From: Acidimicrobiia bacterium
GTDB lineage: Bacteria > Actinomycetota > Acidimicrobiia > Spongiisociales > ZC4RG35
Length of the DNA: 64,000 nt
Reading direction: 5' to 3'
NCBI GenBank assembly: GCA_040510135.1
Contig: JBEVJN010000065.1
Span: 22,070-86,069 of the forward strand
Below are positions 26,771 to 33,774 of this stretch, in pieces. The translations under genes were made by a program, and so were the position numbers. The notes below the pieces were generated by a model. It did not search any database. It was given only the letters and a program-made list of their open reading frames with translations, and had not been told where the DNA came from. Numbering within the stretch: the stretch's first letter is position 1; each line of letters starts with the position of its first letter.

Positions 26771-28513
26771 ATGACACCGACCAACCGGCCGGTCATGACG
26801 CCGCGCTTTCGCATTGCGGTGCTGCTGGCCGTCGTGGTCGCCACTGCGCTCGGCGTTGTCGCCGAGTACGGGGCTTGGTCTGCCGTCGCCCCTGGCGCGG
26901 GGTACCGGCTGGCTGCCTATGCCGTCGTCGGCCTCACCGCCACTTTTCAATTGATCCGTCACCGTCGCATCGAGGCTGTCGTAGCCACGGCTGCGCTGAC
27001 GCTCTGTGCCCTCAGTCTGACCGAGGCGTGGAGAACGACCGGGTTCGACAGCGGTTACACACTCGCCTGTCTGATCCTCATATCGGTGGTCTATGTGGCT
27101 ACACGTGAGGGAAAGTCAGTGATTCCGCTGGTGCTGGTCTCCGGGCTGACCGCGGCCTTTACGATCGCGTCCCTGATCCTCGAGAAACCCCTGGCTTCCG
27201 TCGCCTTCGCCCGCCTCATGATCGGCATTCCGGGGCAGGCGTTGGTCATCTGGATCACCTGGCAGCTGATCCAGTCCCTCGCCGAGGCCTCCGAGCATCA
27301 GGCCAACACGGCGCGCATACAGAAGGCTCTTGCCACCTGCTCCCAGGCCTTGCTCACCGGTCGTGACGAGCAGCCGTTGACAGCCGCGCTCCAAGCCCTC
27401 CTCGACGCGACGGAGGCGGACTATGCCTATATCGACATCAACCGGGTGGCCGAGGACGGCAACGTCACGTGGGAGATCGTGGCCGAGGCCCTGGGGGACA
27501 ACGTCGCCTCGGGGCCGGATACCTTCGATGAGGGCGACTACAGCCAGTTCCCGCAGATCATCGAGGTCCTCTCCGCGGGCCGGCCGGCACGGATCCGGGT
27601 GCGCGACCTGCCCATGCCGGTGCGAGAGCGCTACGAGGCGGAGGGAATTCGCTCGGAGCTGATGGCCCCGATCATGATCCGGGACCAATGGGTGGGGACA
27701 TTGGGCTACTCCGACTTCTGGCGGGACGATGTTTGGACCGAGGTCGAGGTCGAAGGGCTGATGCGGGCAGCAGACATGGTTGGGGCGTATTGGGAGAGGG
27801 AGTCGGCGCGTGAGGGTCTGGAGGAGTTAGCCGAGGCCAAGGACCGATTCATCGCCACGGTAAGCCATGAGCTCCGCACTCCGCTGGCCGCAGTCGTTGG
27901 CTTCTCAGGTGAGTTGGCCGATGGCATCGGGGCGTACACACCCGAGGAGATTGGCGAGATGGTCGTGTTGATCTCGAGTCAGAGCCAGGAGGTTGCCCAA
28001 CTGGTCGACGATCTGCTCACGGCGGAGCGAGCGGCGTCCGGAAACCTGACCATCAGCCCCCGTTCCATCGACCTCCTCGATGAGTGCCGGTCGATCGTCG
28101 ACTCCCTTGGAGTCGATCTCGACGTAGTGATCGTCGGAGACTCGTCGACCGCATGGGCCGACACGTTGCGAACCCGGCAGATAGTCCGGAATCTGCTCAC
28201 CAACGCCCATCGCTACGGAGGGAAGACGGTGCGCGTCGAGGTCTCCAGCCACAGGAACCTGGCCTCGCTGGTGGTCAGCGACGACGGGCCCGGCGTCAGG
28301 GGCATCGACGCCGAGCACATCTTCGACCCCTACTACCGCTCGCAGTCGTCGTCGGACGCCAGACCGGACTCGGTCGGTCTCGGGCTGGCGGTTGCCCGAC
28401 AACTGGCGCGGATGATGGGTGGAGACCTCGTCTACCGGCGCCGCGGTGGGTGGACCCGCTTCGAACTGAGCCTCCCGAATGGCCCCGACCAGGCTGCCTC
28501 GATGGCCGGCTGA
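26771..28513 (+). CDS. Membrane sensor histidine kinase with GAF domain (no adjacent response regulator)
   Basis: Has about 5 N-terminal TM helices and a GAF-like middle region. The H-box is VSHELRTPLAAV. The HATPase motifs are NLLTNAHRYGG, DDGPGV and GLGLAVARQL. Confidence 0.85.
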   Translation: MTPTNRPVMTPRFRIAVLLAVVVATALGVVAEYGAWSAVAPGAGYRLAAYAVVGLTATFQLIRHRRIEAVVATAALTLCALSLTEAWRTTGFDSGYTLACLILISVVYVATREGKSVIPLVLVSGLTAAFTIASLILEKPLASVAFARLMIGIPGQALVIWITWQLIQSLAEASEHQANTARIQKALATCSQALLTGRDEQPLTAALQALLDATEADYAYIDINRVAEDGNVTWEIVAEALGDNVASGPDTFDEGDYSQFPQIIEVLSAGRPARIRVRDLPMPVRERYEAEGIRSELMAPIMIRDQWVGTLGYSDFWRDDVWTEVEVEGLMRAADMVGAYWERESAREGLEELAEAKDRFIATVSHELRTPLAAVVGFSGELADGIGAYTPEEIGEMVVLISSQSQEVAQLVDDLLTAERAASGNLTISPRSIDLLDECRSIVDSLGVDLDVVIVGDSSTAWADTLRTRQIVRNLLTNAHRYGGKTVRVEVSSHRNLASLVVSDDGPGVRGIDAEHIFDPYYRSQSSSDARPDSVGLGLAVARQLARMMGGDLVYRRRGGWTRFELSLPNGPDQAASMAG

Positions 28514-28518
28514 TCACA

Positions 28519-29031
28519 TCAGACGAACAACTGAACGTCCGCGTCGGCGGCGAAGTCGAGAAACGCCGCAGCACCGGCGATCTCGCACCCTTTGATCAAG
28601 TCTCCCTCCTGCACGCCCATCACACCCATCGTCGTCGAGCAGGCGAAGAAGCGGACGTCGAGACCCTGGGCCATCTCGATGAACTCGGGGACGGTGGGCA
28701 TCCGGGCGTCGCTCATCCATTTCTTCATGATCTTGGTTGCAGCGGCCGTCGCCCCCGGGAGCGCGCCGAGCAGGTTGGGCAGCTGGATCGGGCCCGCCGG
28801 GTTGGCCAACGACGCAACCTTGAGGCTCTCCAGCCGGTCGTTGTGGATGATGTCGAGGCCGTAGAAGGTGAAGTACACCCCGGCCTCCCAACCCAGGCTC
28901 GCCGCCGTCGTGGCCAGGATCAAAGGCGGATACGCCTGGTCGAGCGTCCCTTTGGAGGCGACCAGGGCGATGCGGCGGCGGCGCTGCTCCTGTCCGATAC
29001 CTGGTCCAGATTCGGTGAGCGTGTCGGTCAT
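28519..29031 (-). CDS. DsrE/DsrF-like sulfur-relay family protein
   Basis: 170 aa. IALVASKGTLDQAYPPLILATTAASLGWEAGVYFTFYGLDII and ...FFACSTTMGVMG are typical of DsrE-like proteins. ATGA overlap with tusA. Confidence 0.75.
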   Translation of the reverse strand: MTDTLTESGPGIGQEQRRRRIALVASKGTLDQAYPPLILATTAASLGWEAGVYFTFYGLDIIHNDRLESLKVASLANPAGPIQLPNLLGALPGATAAATKIMKKWMSDARMPTVPEFIEMAQGLDVRFFACSTTMGVMGVQEGDLIKGCEIAGAAAFLDFAADADVQLFV

Positions 29032-29294
29032 GGCCGCGCCGCCTTCTCGATCCAGAACAACTGACGTGACTCCTCGCGCTCGACCCCCAGCAAGATGTTG
29101 CCGGTCTGCCTGGCCAGGGCCGGGATGTCCTCCAGCGCTCCCGGGTCAGTGGTGATCAATTTGAGCACCTGTCCGGGCGAGAGTTGGCCAAGAGCGAGCG
29201 AAGCTTGATAGACCGGTAGAGGGCAGAGGACACCCGAGCAGTCGAGCTCTGCATCGACGCGCTCTTCTATCACCTTGGCGTACTGGCTGGTCAT
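29028..29294 (-). CDS. tusA: TusA-like sulfurtransferase
   Basis: 88 aa with LDCSGVLCPLPVYQASLAL, which contains the CPxP active-site motif. The RBS is GAAAGAAGGAG. Confidence 0.85.
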   Translation of the reverse strand: MTSQYAKVIEERVDAELDCSGVLCPLPVYQASLALGQLSPGQVLKLITTDPGALEDIPALARQTGNILLGVEREESRQLFWIEKAARP

Positions 29295-29330
29295 GGCTCG
29301 TCTCCTTCTTTCGTCCGGAGGGGCCCCATG

Positions 29331-29364
29331 ACGAAAAAGGCCCGCATCCGGTGCCGGTGCGGGC
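29331..29364 (-). terminator. Intrinsic terminator inside the tusA leader
   Basis: Minus strand reads GCCCGCA-CCGGCACCGGA-TGCGGGC followed by CUUUUUCGU. It ends about 35 nt before the tusA start codon. Confidence 0.65.
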
Positions 29365-29399
29365 TCTGTGTGTCTGTCTCTTGCTGGCTCAGGACATCA

Positions 29400-29468
29400 C
29401 TACCCACACGGCACGGCCGCACAGCGACAAGCGCAGCAGCGGATCGGGCTGGTGGGTGGGCATGTCAT
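29400..29468 (-). CDS. Candidate polycysteine leader peptide (22 aa: MTCPPTSPIRCCACRCAAVPCG)
   Basis: The ATG lies 10 nt downstream of a TACCAT -10 box. Six of the 22 codons are Cys. The ORF stops 35 nt before the leader terminator. It is too short for coding statistics. Confidence 0.4.
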   Translation of the reverse strand: MTCPPTSPIRCCACRCAAVPCG

Positions 29469-29478
29469 GTCGGCGAGG

Positions 29479-29506
29479 ATGGTAGGCGTTCAGGGCCGCG
29501 GGTCAA
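29479..29506 (-). promoter_or_regulatory. Candidate promoter of the tusA-dsrE leader
   Basis: Minus strand reads TTGACC (29506-29501), 16 nt, then TACCAT (29484-29479). Confidence 0.45.
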
Positions 29507-29536
29507 GACCGGGACGCCCGTATTGGAGGAGTTGCG

Positions 29537-29603
29537 GGGCCAGTGGAGCATTTGAGGAGGAGAAGGAGTCCGCTGAAGAAGCGGAAACTGGCTCCACTGG
29601 CCC
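29537..29603. other. Long perfect hairpin with nested stem-loop (terminator of the upstream gene or small structured RNA)
   Basis: GGGCCAGTGGAGC (29537-29549) pairs with GCTCCACTGGCCC (29591-29603), 13 bp perfect. The inner hairpin is TCCGCT-GAAGA-AGCGGA (29569-29585). On the minus strand the interior contains CUCCUUCUCCUCCUC. Confidence 0.5.
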
Positions 29604-29631
29604 TCGCAAATCGTGAGGAGGGAAAACAGCT

Positions 29632-29647
29632 TGTGATTCTGTTCACA
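29632..29647. promoter_or_regulatory. CRP/GlxR-type binding site (perfect TGTGA-N6-TCACA)
   Basis: TGTGATTCTGTTCACA lies in an AT-rich patch, 67 nt downstream of the stop of the gene ending at 29714 and upstream of the hairpin and tusA leader. Confidence 0.5.
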
Positions 29648-29713
29648 AATCGAGAACGTCTTCAGTCGCCGTTTATTCCCGTCACCTCCACGGCTCGACC
29701 ACAGGCAACCCGA

Positions 29714-30451
29714 TCAGCTGCTGAACGTGACCGAGAAGGCGGGCGCCCATCGAGAGACGACACGGCCGTAATTCTCCCCAGCCGTCATCATGTCGCCATC
29801 CGCGAGGGCCTCGATAGAGCGTCGCACCAGCTCGACCGAATCATCGAACACCAGCTCCTGCGGGGCGAACAGGTCGGACACGGTCGAGTAGTCGAGCTCG
29901 AGCATCGACTCACCGGGAAAGCTGTCGATCCAATCCGATAGCTGGGCGAGCTCCTCGGCGGGCCCCTGAAATACCTGGAGGCCCCGGAGCACCCCGAGAG
30001 CATGGTCGACCCGCTTCCGCCCGACGGCGAGATCGACACGCAACCGGATCCTCGGAGTGCCTTCGACCTCGTAAACCTCCTTGTCCTCTGGCTGGAAGGC
30101 GGTGAACCAGCGGACCGGGACATGCCAGGCGGAGGTCAGGACATGAGAGCGATGACCCGGGTGTTCCTGGTGATATCGGCGAAGCTCGCTGTCGGCGGCC
30201 CGGGCTGCCTCCTCGGGAATCAGACCGGCCCCAAGCCCACGAAACGCGTTCGCGAATGCAACGGTCGACTCGAGGACTCGAAGACGGAGATTTCGTGGGC
30301 ACACCATTCGCTGCCCATTCCACTCGACCACCCAATCGGCATCACCTTCGGACTCGGACAGCAAGCCATAGGCCCGAACGAATCCAGGCACAGGGTCGCC
30401 ATCCTCAGAGCTCTCCGGGGTGTAGACCCGGAGATGGGCGGTCTTGGTCAC
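29714..30451 (-). CDS. Conserved-looking hypothetical protein
   Basis: 245-aa ORF with coding-like composition. No motif recognised. Confidence 0.6.
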   Translation of the reverse strand: MTKTAHLRVYTPESSEDGDPVPGFVRAYGLLSESEGDADWVVEWNGQRMVCPRNLRLRVLESTVAFANAFRGLGAGLIPEEAARAADSELRRYHQEHPGHRSHVLTSAWHVPVRWFTAFQPEDKEVYEVEGTPRIRLRVDLAVGRKRVDHALGVLRGLQVFQGPAEELAQLSDWIDSFPGESMLELDYSTVSDLFAPQELVFDDSVELVRRSIEALADGDMMTAGENYGRVVSRWAPAFSVTFSS

Positions 30452-30561
30452 TCGCCAATGGTGGCATAGCTCGGCCCCACCGTCACACAGGCCGGGCCAG
30501 GGGCGTCCAGGTAAGATCGGCCGCGGAGTGAGAACCGCCCATCGAGAAGGGAGGACCGGAC

Positions 30562-31644
30562 TTGGTCGTATTCGATGAGGTTGCCCGCGGAGGTCACGAG
30601 CAGATCATCTACGGCTACGACCATGTATCGGGCCTTCGGGCCATAATCGCCATTCACTCCACAGCTCTGGGTCCCGCTCTCGGCGGGACTCGTTTCTTTC
30701 CGTACGAGACCGAGCAGGCCGCCCTCGTCGACGTTCTCCGTCTCGCCAAGGGAATGACGTACAAGGCGGCCGCCGCCGGTCTCGACTTGGGGGGTGGCAA
30801 AGCCGTCATCATCGGCAACCCAGCCACGGACAAGACCGAGCGTCTCCTAAGGGCGTACGGGAGGATCGTCGACTCTCTACGCGGGCGTTACATCACGGCG
30901 GAGGACGTCGGGACCACGACTACCGACATCGACATAATCCGACGGGAGACTCGCTGGGCCCTCGGCAGCTCTCCTGCCGAAGGGGGGGCGGGTGACCCGT
31001 CGCCGGTCACCTCCCGTGGCCTCTTCGCCGCCTCTCGGGCCGTGGCCGAATTCATGTGGGGGGACACCGATCTCGCCGGTCGCAGGTTCGCCGTCCAAGG
31101 AGTCGGCAAGGTTGGCGCTGCTTTTGTCCAGCTACTCGTCGAGGCCCGCGCCGAGGTCATCGTGGCCGACTCGAATGAGAGGGCGGTCACCGAGGCGGTG
31201 GAGACCTATGGCGTCAAGGGGATCGATGTGGAGGACATCCACGCTGTCGACTGCGACTTCTACTCCCCGTGCGCCCTGGGAGGCGGGCTCAACGAAACGA
31301 CGATCCCCAGTCTCAACTGCCAGGCAATCGTGGGCAGCGCCAACAATCAGCTCGCCACCGACAAGGACGCCGATCGCATCGCGACTCGGGGAATCATCTA
31401 TGCCCCGGATTTCGTGGTGAACGCCGGCGGTCTGATCAATGTCCACGACGAATTGCGCGGCTACTCGAAGATGCGGGCGATGCACCGGGTGGACTCCATC
31501 TTCGACGCGACCAGGGCCATCCTCCTCGCCTCGAGGGAACAGGAGGTCAACCCGAATCAGGCGGCGGTGATGCTGGCCGAGGATCGGATCCGGGAGATCG
31601 GCGACCTGCGCCGGTTCCGCCGCAGCGGAGGGGACCTAGGTTGA
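30562..31644 (+). CDS. Leu/Val (branched-chain amino acid) dehydrogenase
   Basis: Glu/Leu/Phe/Val dehydrogenase motifs (GPALGGTRFFPY, KGMTYKAAAAGLDLGGGKAVIIG, the Rossmann motif VQGVGKVG). TTG start preceded by AAGGGAGGA. Confidence 0.9.
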   Translation: MVVFDEVARGGHEQIIYGYDHVSGLRAIIAIHSTALGPALGGTRFFPYETEQAALVDVLRLAKGMTYKAAAAGLDLGGGKAVIIGNPATDKTERLLRAYGRIVDSLRGRYITAEDVGTTTTDIDIIRRETRWALGSSPAEGGAGDPSPVTSRGLFAASRAVAEFMWGDTDLAGRRFAVQGVGKVGAAFVQLLVEARAEVIVADSNERAVTEAVETYGVKGIDVEDIHAVDCDFYSPCALGGGLNETTIPSLNCQAIVGSANNQLATDKDADRIATRGIIYAPDFVVNAGGLINVHDELRGYSKMRAMHRVDSIFDATRAILLASREQEVNPNQAAVMLAEDRIREIGDLRRFRRSGGDLG

Positions 31645-31664
31645 CCAACCATCGCACTTATGGC

Positions 31665-33689
31665 ATGGATTTCGACCGGAACCTCCACCATGGAGAACTG
31701 GGCTTGTCCGACGAGCAGGTCGTGGAGATGTACCGCCTGATGCTGACGACGCGGCGGATCGACGACCGGCTCTTCGCCCTCCAGCGTCAGGGCCGGGCCC
31801 CCTTCGTCGTCGGGTCGTCCGGTCACGAGGCGGTCCAGGTGGCATCCGCCCTGGCCCTGGATCGAGAGAAGGATTGGGTTCTTCCCTACTACCGAGACAT
31901 GGGGGTTGCACTGGCGTGGGGTTTCGAGCCGGTGGAGATCTTCCTCGGGGCATTCGCCAAGAAGACCGACCCCATGTCCGGGGGCAGGCAACTGCCCGGC
32001 CACTGGTCGAGTCGCGAGCGCCGCGTTCTCACCCAGTCCTCGGTCATCGGGACCCAGTACCCCCACGCGGTCGGCATCGCCCAGGCGGTGGCCAACCGGG
32101 GCGCCGACGCGGTCGTGGCCGTGTACGGAGGCGAGGGGTCGACATCTGAGGGGGACTGGCACGAGGCGATGAATTGGGCCGGCATCCACCAGCTCCCACT
32201 GATCTTCGTCATCGAGAACAACCACTACGCGATCTCTGTCCCCCAGGAAGAACAGGTCGCCGGGAGTCTCGCCGCCAGGGCTGAGAGCTATGGGTTCCCC
32301 GGTGTCGAGGTCGATGGCAACCGGACGTTGCGGGTGTACAAGGTGATGCAAGAGGCAGTTCGTCGTGCGCGCGCCGGCGAGGGACCGACCCTGATCGAAG
32401 CGGAGACATATCGCTACTACGCCCACACCTCCGATGACAACGACACCCTGTATCGGAGCCGGGAGGAGGTCGAGACCTGGCGCAAGCGTGACCCGGTAGC
32501 GCGGGTCCGCCAGTATCTCATCGAGAACAGGTTGCTGACCGAGGCCGACGAAGAGCGAATCGACAACGAGGTGATCGCGGCCCTGGCTCGGGCGGTAGAG
32601 ACCGCCGAAGCCGCCCCCAATCCCGATGAGGCCACCAGCCGGGTGTACGCCCGGGTCATCGAGCCCGGCCCCCCGGTCACCGGACCTGAGGATGCTTCGG
32701 GCGGGGAGACGGTGAACCTCATCACGGCGATCAACTTGGCACTTCATGAGGTGTTGGAGGCACATGAGGACGCCGTGGTGTTCGGCGAGGACGTGGCCCG
32801 GCGGAAAGGTGGCGTCTTCAAGGCCACCCAGGACCTGACGGACCGCTTCGGGCCCGACCGCTGCTTCAACACGCCGATCGCCGAGTCGTCCATCATCGGC
32901 GCCGCCATCGGGATGGCCGCGGCCGGTTTCAAGGTCATCCCCGAGATCCAATTCGCCGATTACATCCACCCGGCTTTCGATCAGCTCGTCTCCGAGGCGG
33001 CGCGCATCTCGTTCCGCTCCGACGGGAAATGGAACGTGCCCATGGTCATCCGCGCGCCCTACGGCGCCGGGATCCACGGAGCCTTGTACCACTCGCAATC
33101 CATCGAGTCGTTCTACGCCCACGTGCCCGGGCTAAAGGTGGTTGTCCCCTCGACCCCGGCCGACGTCAAAGGGCTGCTCTTCACCGCCGTCGAGGACCCC
33201 GATCCGGTGATGTTCCTCGAGCCGAAGAAGCTCTACCGGCTGGCCAAGGGCCCATATCCGGAGGGCGAGCATCGGGTCCCATTGGCCCGAGCGGCGATTC
33301 GCCGCCAGGGCAAGGACCTGACGATCATCGCCTACGGGGCCATGGCCCATATCGCAGTAGAGGCTGCGTCTCTGCTCGAGGAGCTGGACATAAGCCCCGA
33401 GGTGATCGACCTGCGCAGCCTCAAGCCACTCGACTGGCCCACTATCGAGGCGTCGGTGAAGAAGACCTCCCGTGCTCTGATCGTCTACGAAGACAATGAG
33501 TTCCTCGGATACGGCGCCGAGCTGGCCGCCCAGATCGCCGACAAGACATTCGAATGGCTCGATGCACCGGTCCGTCGCTATGCACTTCCAGACGTGCCGA
33601 TCATGCCCTACGCCGGACCACTGGAGAATCAGCTCTACCCCACGCCTGAGGGCATCGTCCGCAAGGCCCAGGAGCTGGCGAAGTATTGA
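31665..33689 (+). CDS. Fused E1 alpha/beta subunit of a 2-oxoacid (branched-chain keto acid) dehydrogenase
   Basis: The alpha part carries the TPP motif (GSSGHEA..., YGGEGSTSEGDWHEAMNWA). The linker is EPGPPVTGPEDASGGE. The beta part (TVNLITAINLALHEVL...FNTPIAESSIIGAAIGMA) follows in one frame with no stop. The start could be ATG 31665 or TTG 31641. Confidence 0.85.
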   Translation: MDFDRNLHHGELGLSDEQVVEMYRLMLTTRRIDDRLFALQRQGRAPFVVGSSGHEAVQVASALALDREKDWVLPYYRDMGVALAWGFEPVEIFLGAFAKKTDPMSGGRQLPGHWSSRERRVLTQSSVIGTQYPHAVGIAQAVANRGADAVVAVYGGEGSTSEGDWHEAMNWAGIHQLPLIFVIENNHYAISVPQEEQVAGSLAARAESYGFPGVEVDGNRTLRVYKVMQEAVRRARAGEGPTLIEAETYRYYAHTSDDNDTLYRSREEVETWRKRDPVARVRQYLIENRLLTEADEERIDNEVIAALARAVETAEAAPNPDEATSRVYARVIEPGPPVTGPEDASGGETVNLITAINLALHEVLEAHEDAVVFGEDVARRKGGVFKATQDLTDRFGPDRCFNTPIAESSIIGAAIGMAAAGFKVIPEIQFADYIHPAFDQLVSEAARISFRSDGKWNVPMVIRAPYGAGIHGALYHSQSIESFYAHVPGLKVVVPSTPADVKGLLFTAVEDPDPVMFLEPKKLYRLAKGPYPEGEHRVPLARAAIRRQGKDLTIIAYGAMAHIAVEAASLLEELDISPEVIDLRSLKPLDWPTIEASVKKTSRALIVYEDNEFLGYGAELAAQIADKTFEWLDAPVRRYALPDVPIMPYAGPLENQLYPTPEGIVRKAQELAKY

Positions 33690-33710
33690 GCCGGCGAAGC
33701 CGGCTCAATA
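33684..33710 (+). terminator. Terminator hairpin enclosing the E1 stop codon
   Basis: TATTGAGCCGGC-GAA-GCCGGCTCAATA is a 12-bp perfect stem with the TGA at 33687-33689 inside the 5' arm. A T-rich heptamer tract follows. Confidence 0.7.
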
Positions 33711-33712
33711 CT

Positions 33713-33768
33713 CGTTCTACGTTTTGCGCTTTTCGTTCTACGTTTTGCGCTTTTCGTTCTACGTTTGT
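33713..33768 (+). repeat. Tandem 21-nt repeat built of T-rich heptamers
   Basis: CGTTCTACGTTTTGCGCTTTT occurs in about 2.7 copies. The 7-nt sub-periodicity is TTCTACG / TTTTGCG / CTTTTCG. Confidence 0.85.
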
Positions 33769-33774
33769 CGGTGA

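Noticed and set aside
29389-29463. Alternative 24-codon uORF in the tusA leader (MPTHQPDPLLRLSLCGRAVWVVMS) starting at the second ATG.
   Set aside because: It is further (15 nt) from the -10 box and has no SD and only one Cys. It cannot be excluded, but the Cys-rich frame fits the leaderless geometry and the operon function better.
29328-29555. 75-aa ORF (+) with a GGAGGGG Shine-Dalgarno-like sequence, Cys-containing (RCRCGLCVSVSC).
   Set aside because: About 30 percent A/T at third codon positions, against strongly G/C-ending codons in real genes here. It is antisense to the tusA leader, and its start lies inside the leader terminator and RBS region. The apparent SD is the complement of the leader sequence.
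31269-31664. ORF-track start of the E1 gene at 31269, giving an 806-aa protein.
   Set aside because: The first 132 codons overlap the 3' part of the Leu/Val dehydrogenase gene in another frame and are Arg/Gly-rich. E1 alpha homology starts at MDFDRNLHHGELG (31665).
31557-33122. 521-aa ORF antisense to the E1 alpha/beta gene. Similar long shadow ORFs occur at 1859-3127 (+), 5713-7200 (+), 51920-53050 (-), 61010-62122 (-) and 34566-35540 (+).
   Set aside because: They are Arg/Pro/Gly-rich with no recognisable motifs. They lie opposite or out of frame to genes with strong family signatures. This is the usual consequence of high G+C, where few stop codons occur in alternative frames.
33713-33768. 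Possible mini-CRISPR array (regular 21-nt repeats).
   Set aside because: The repeats are directly adjacent with no spacers, only about 2.7 copies are present, and there are no cas genes. It is a simple tandem repeat.
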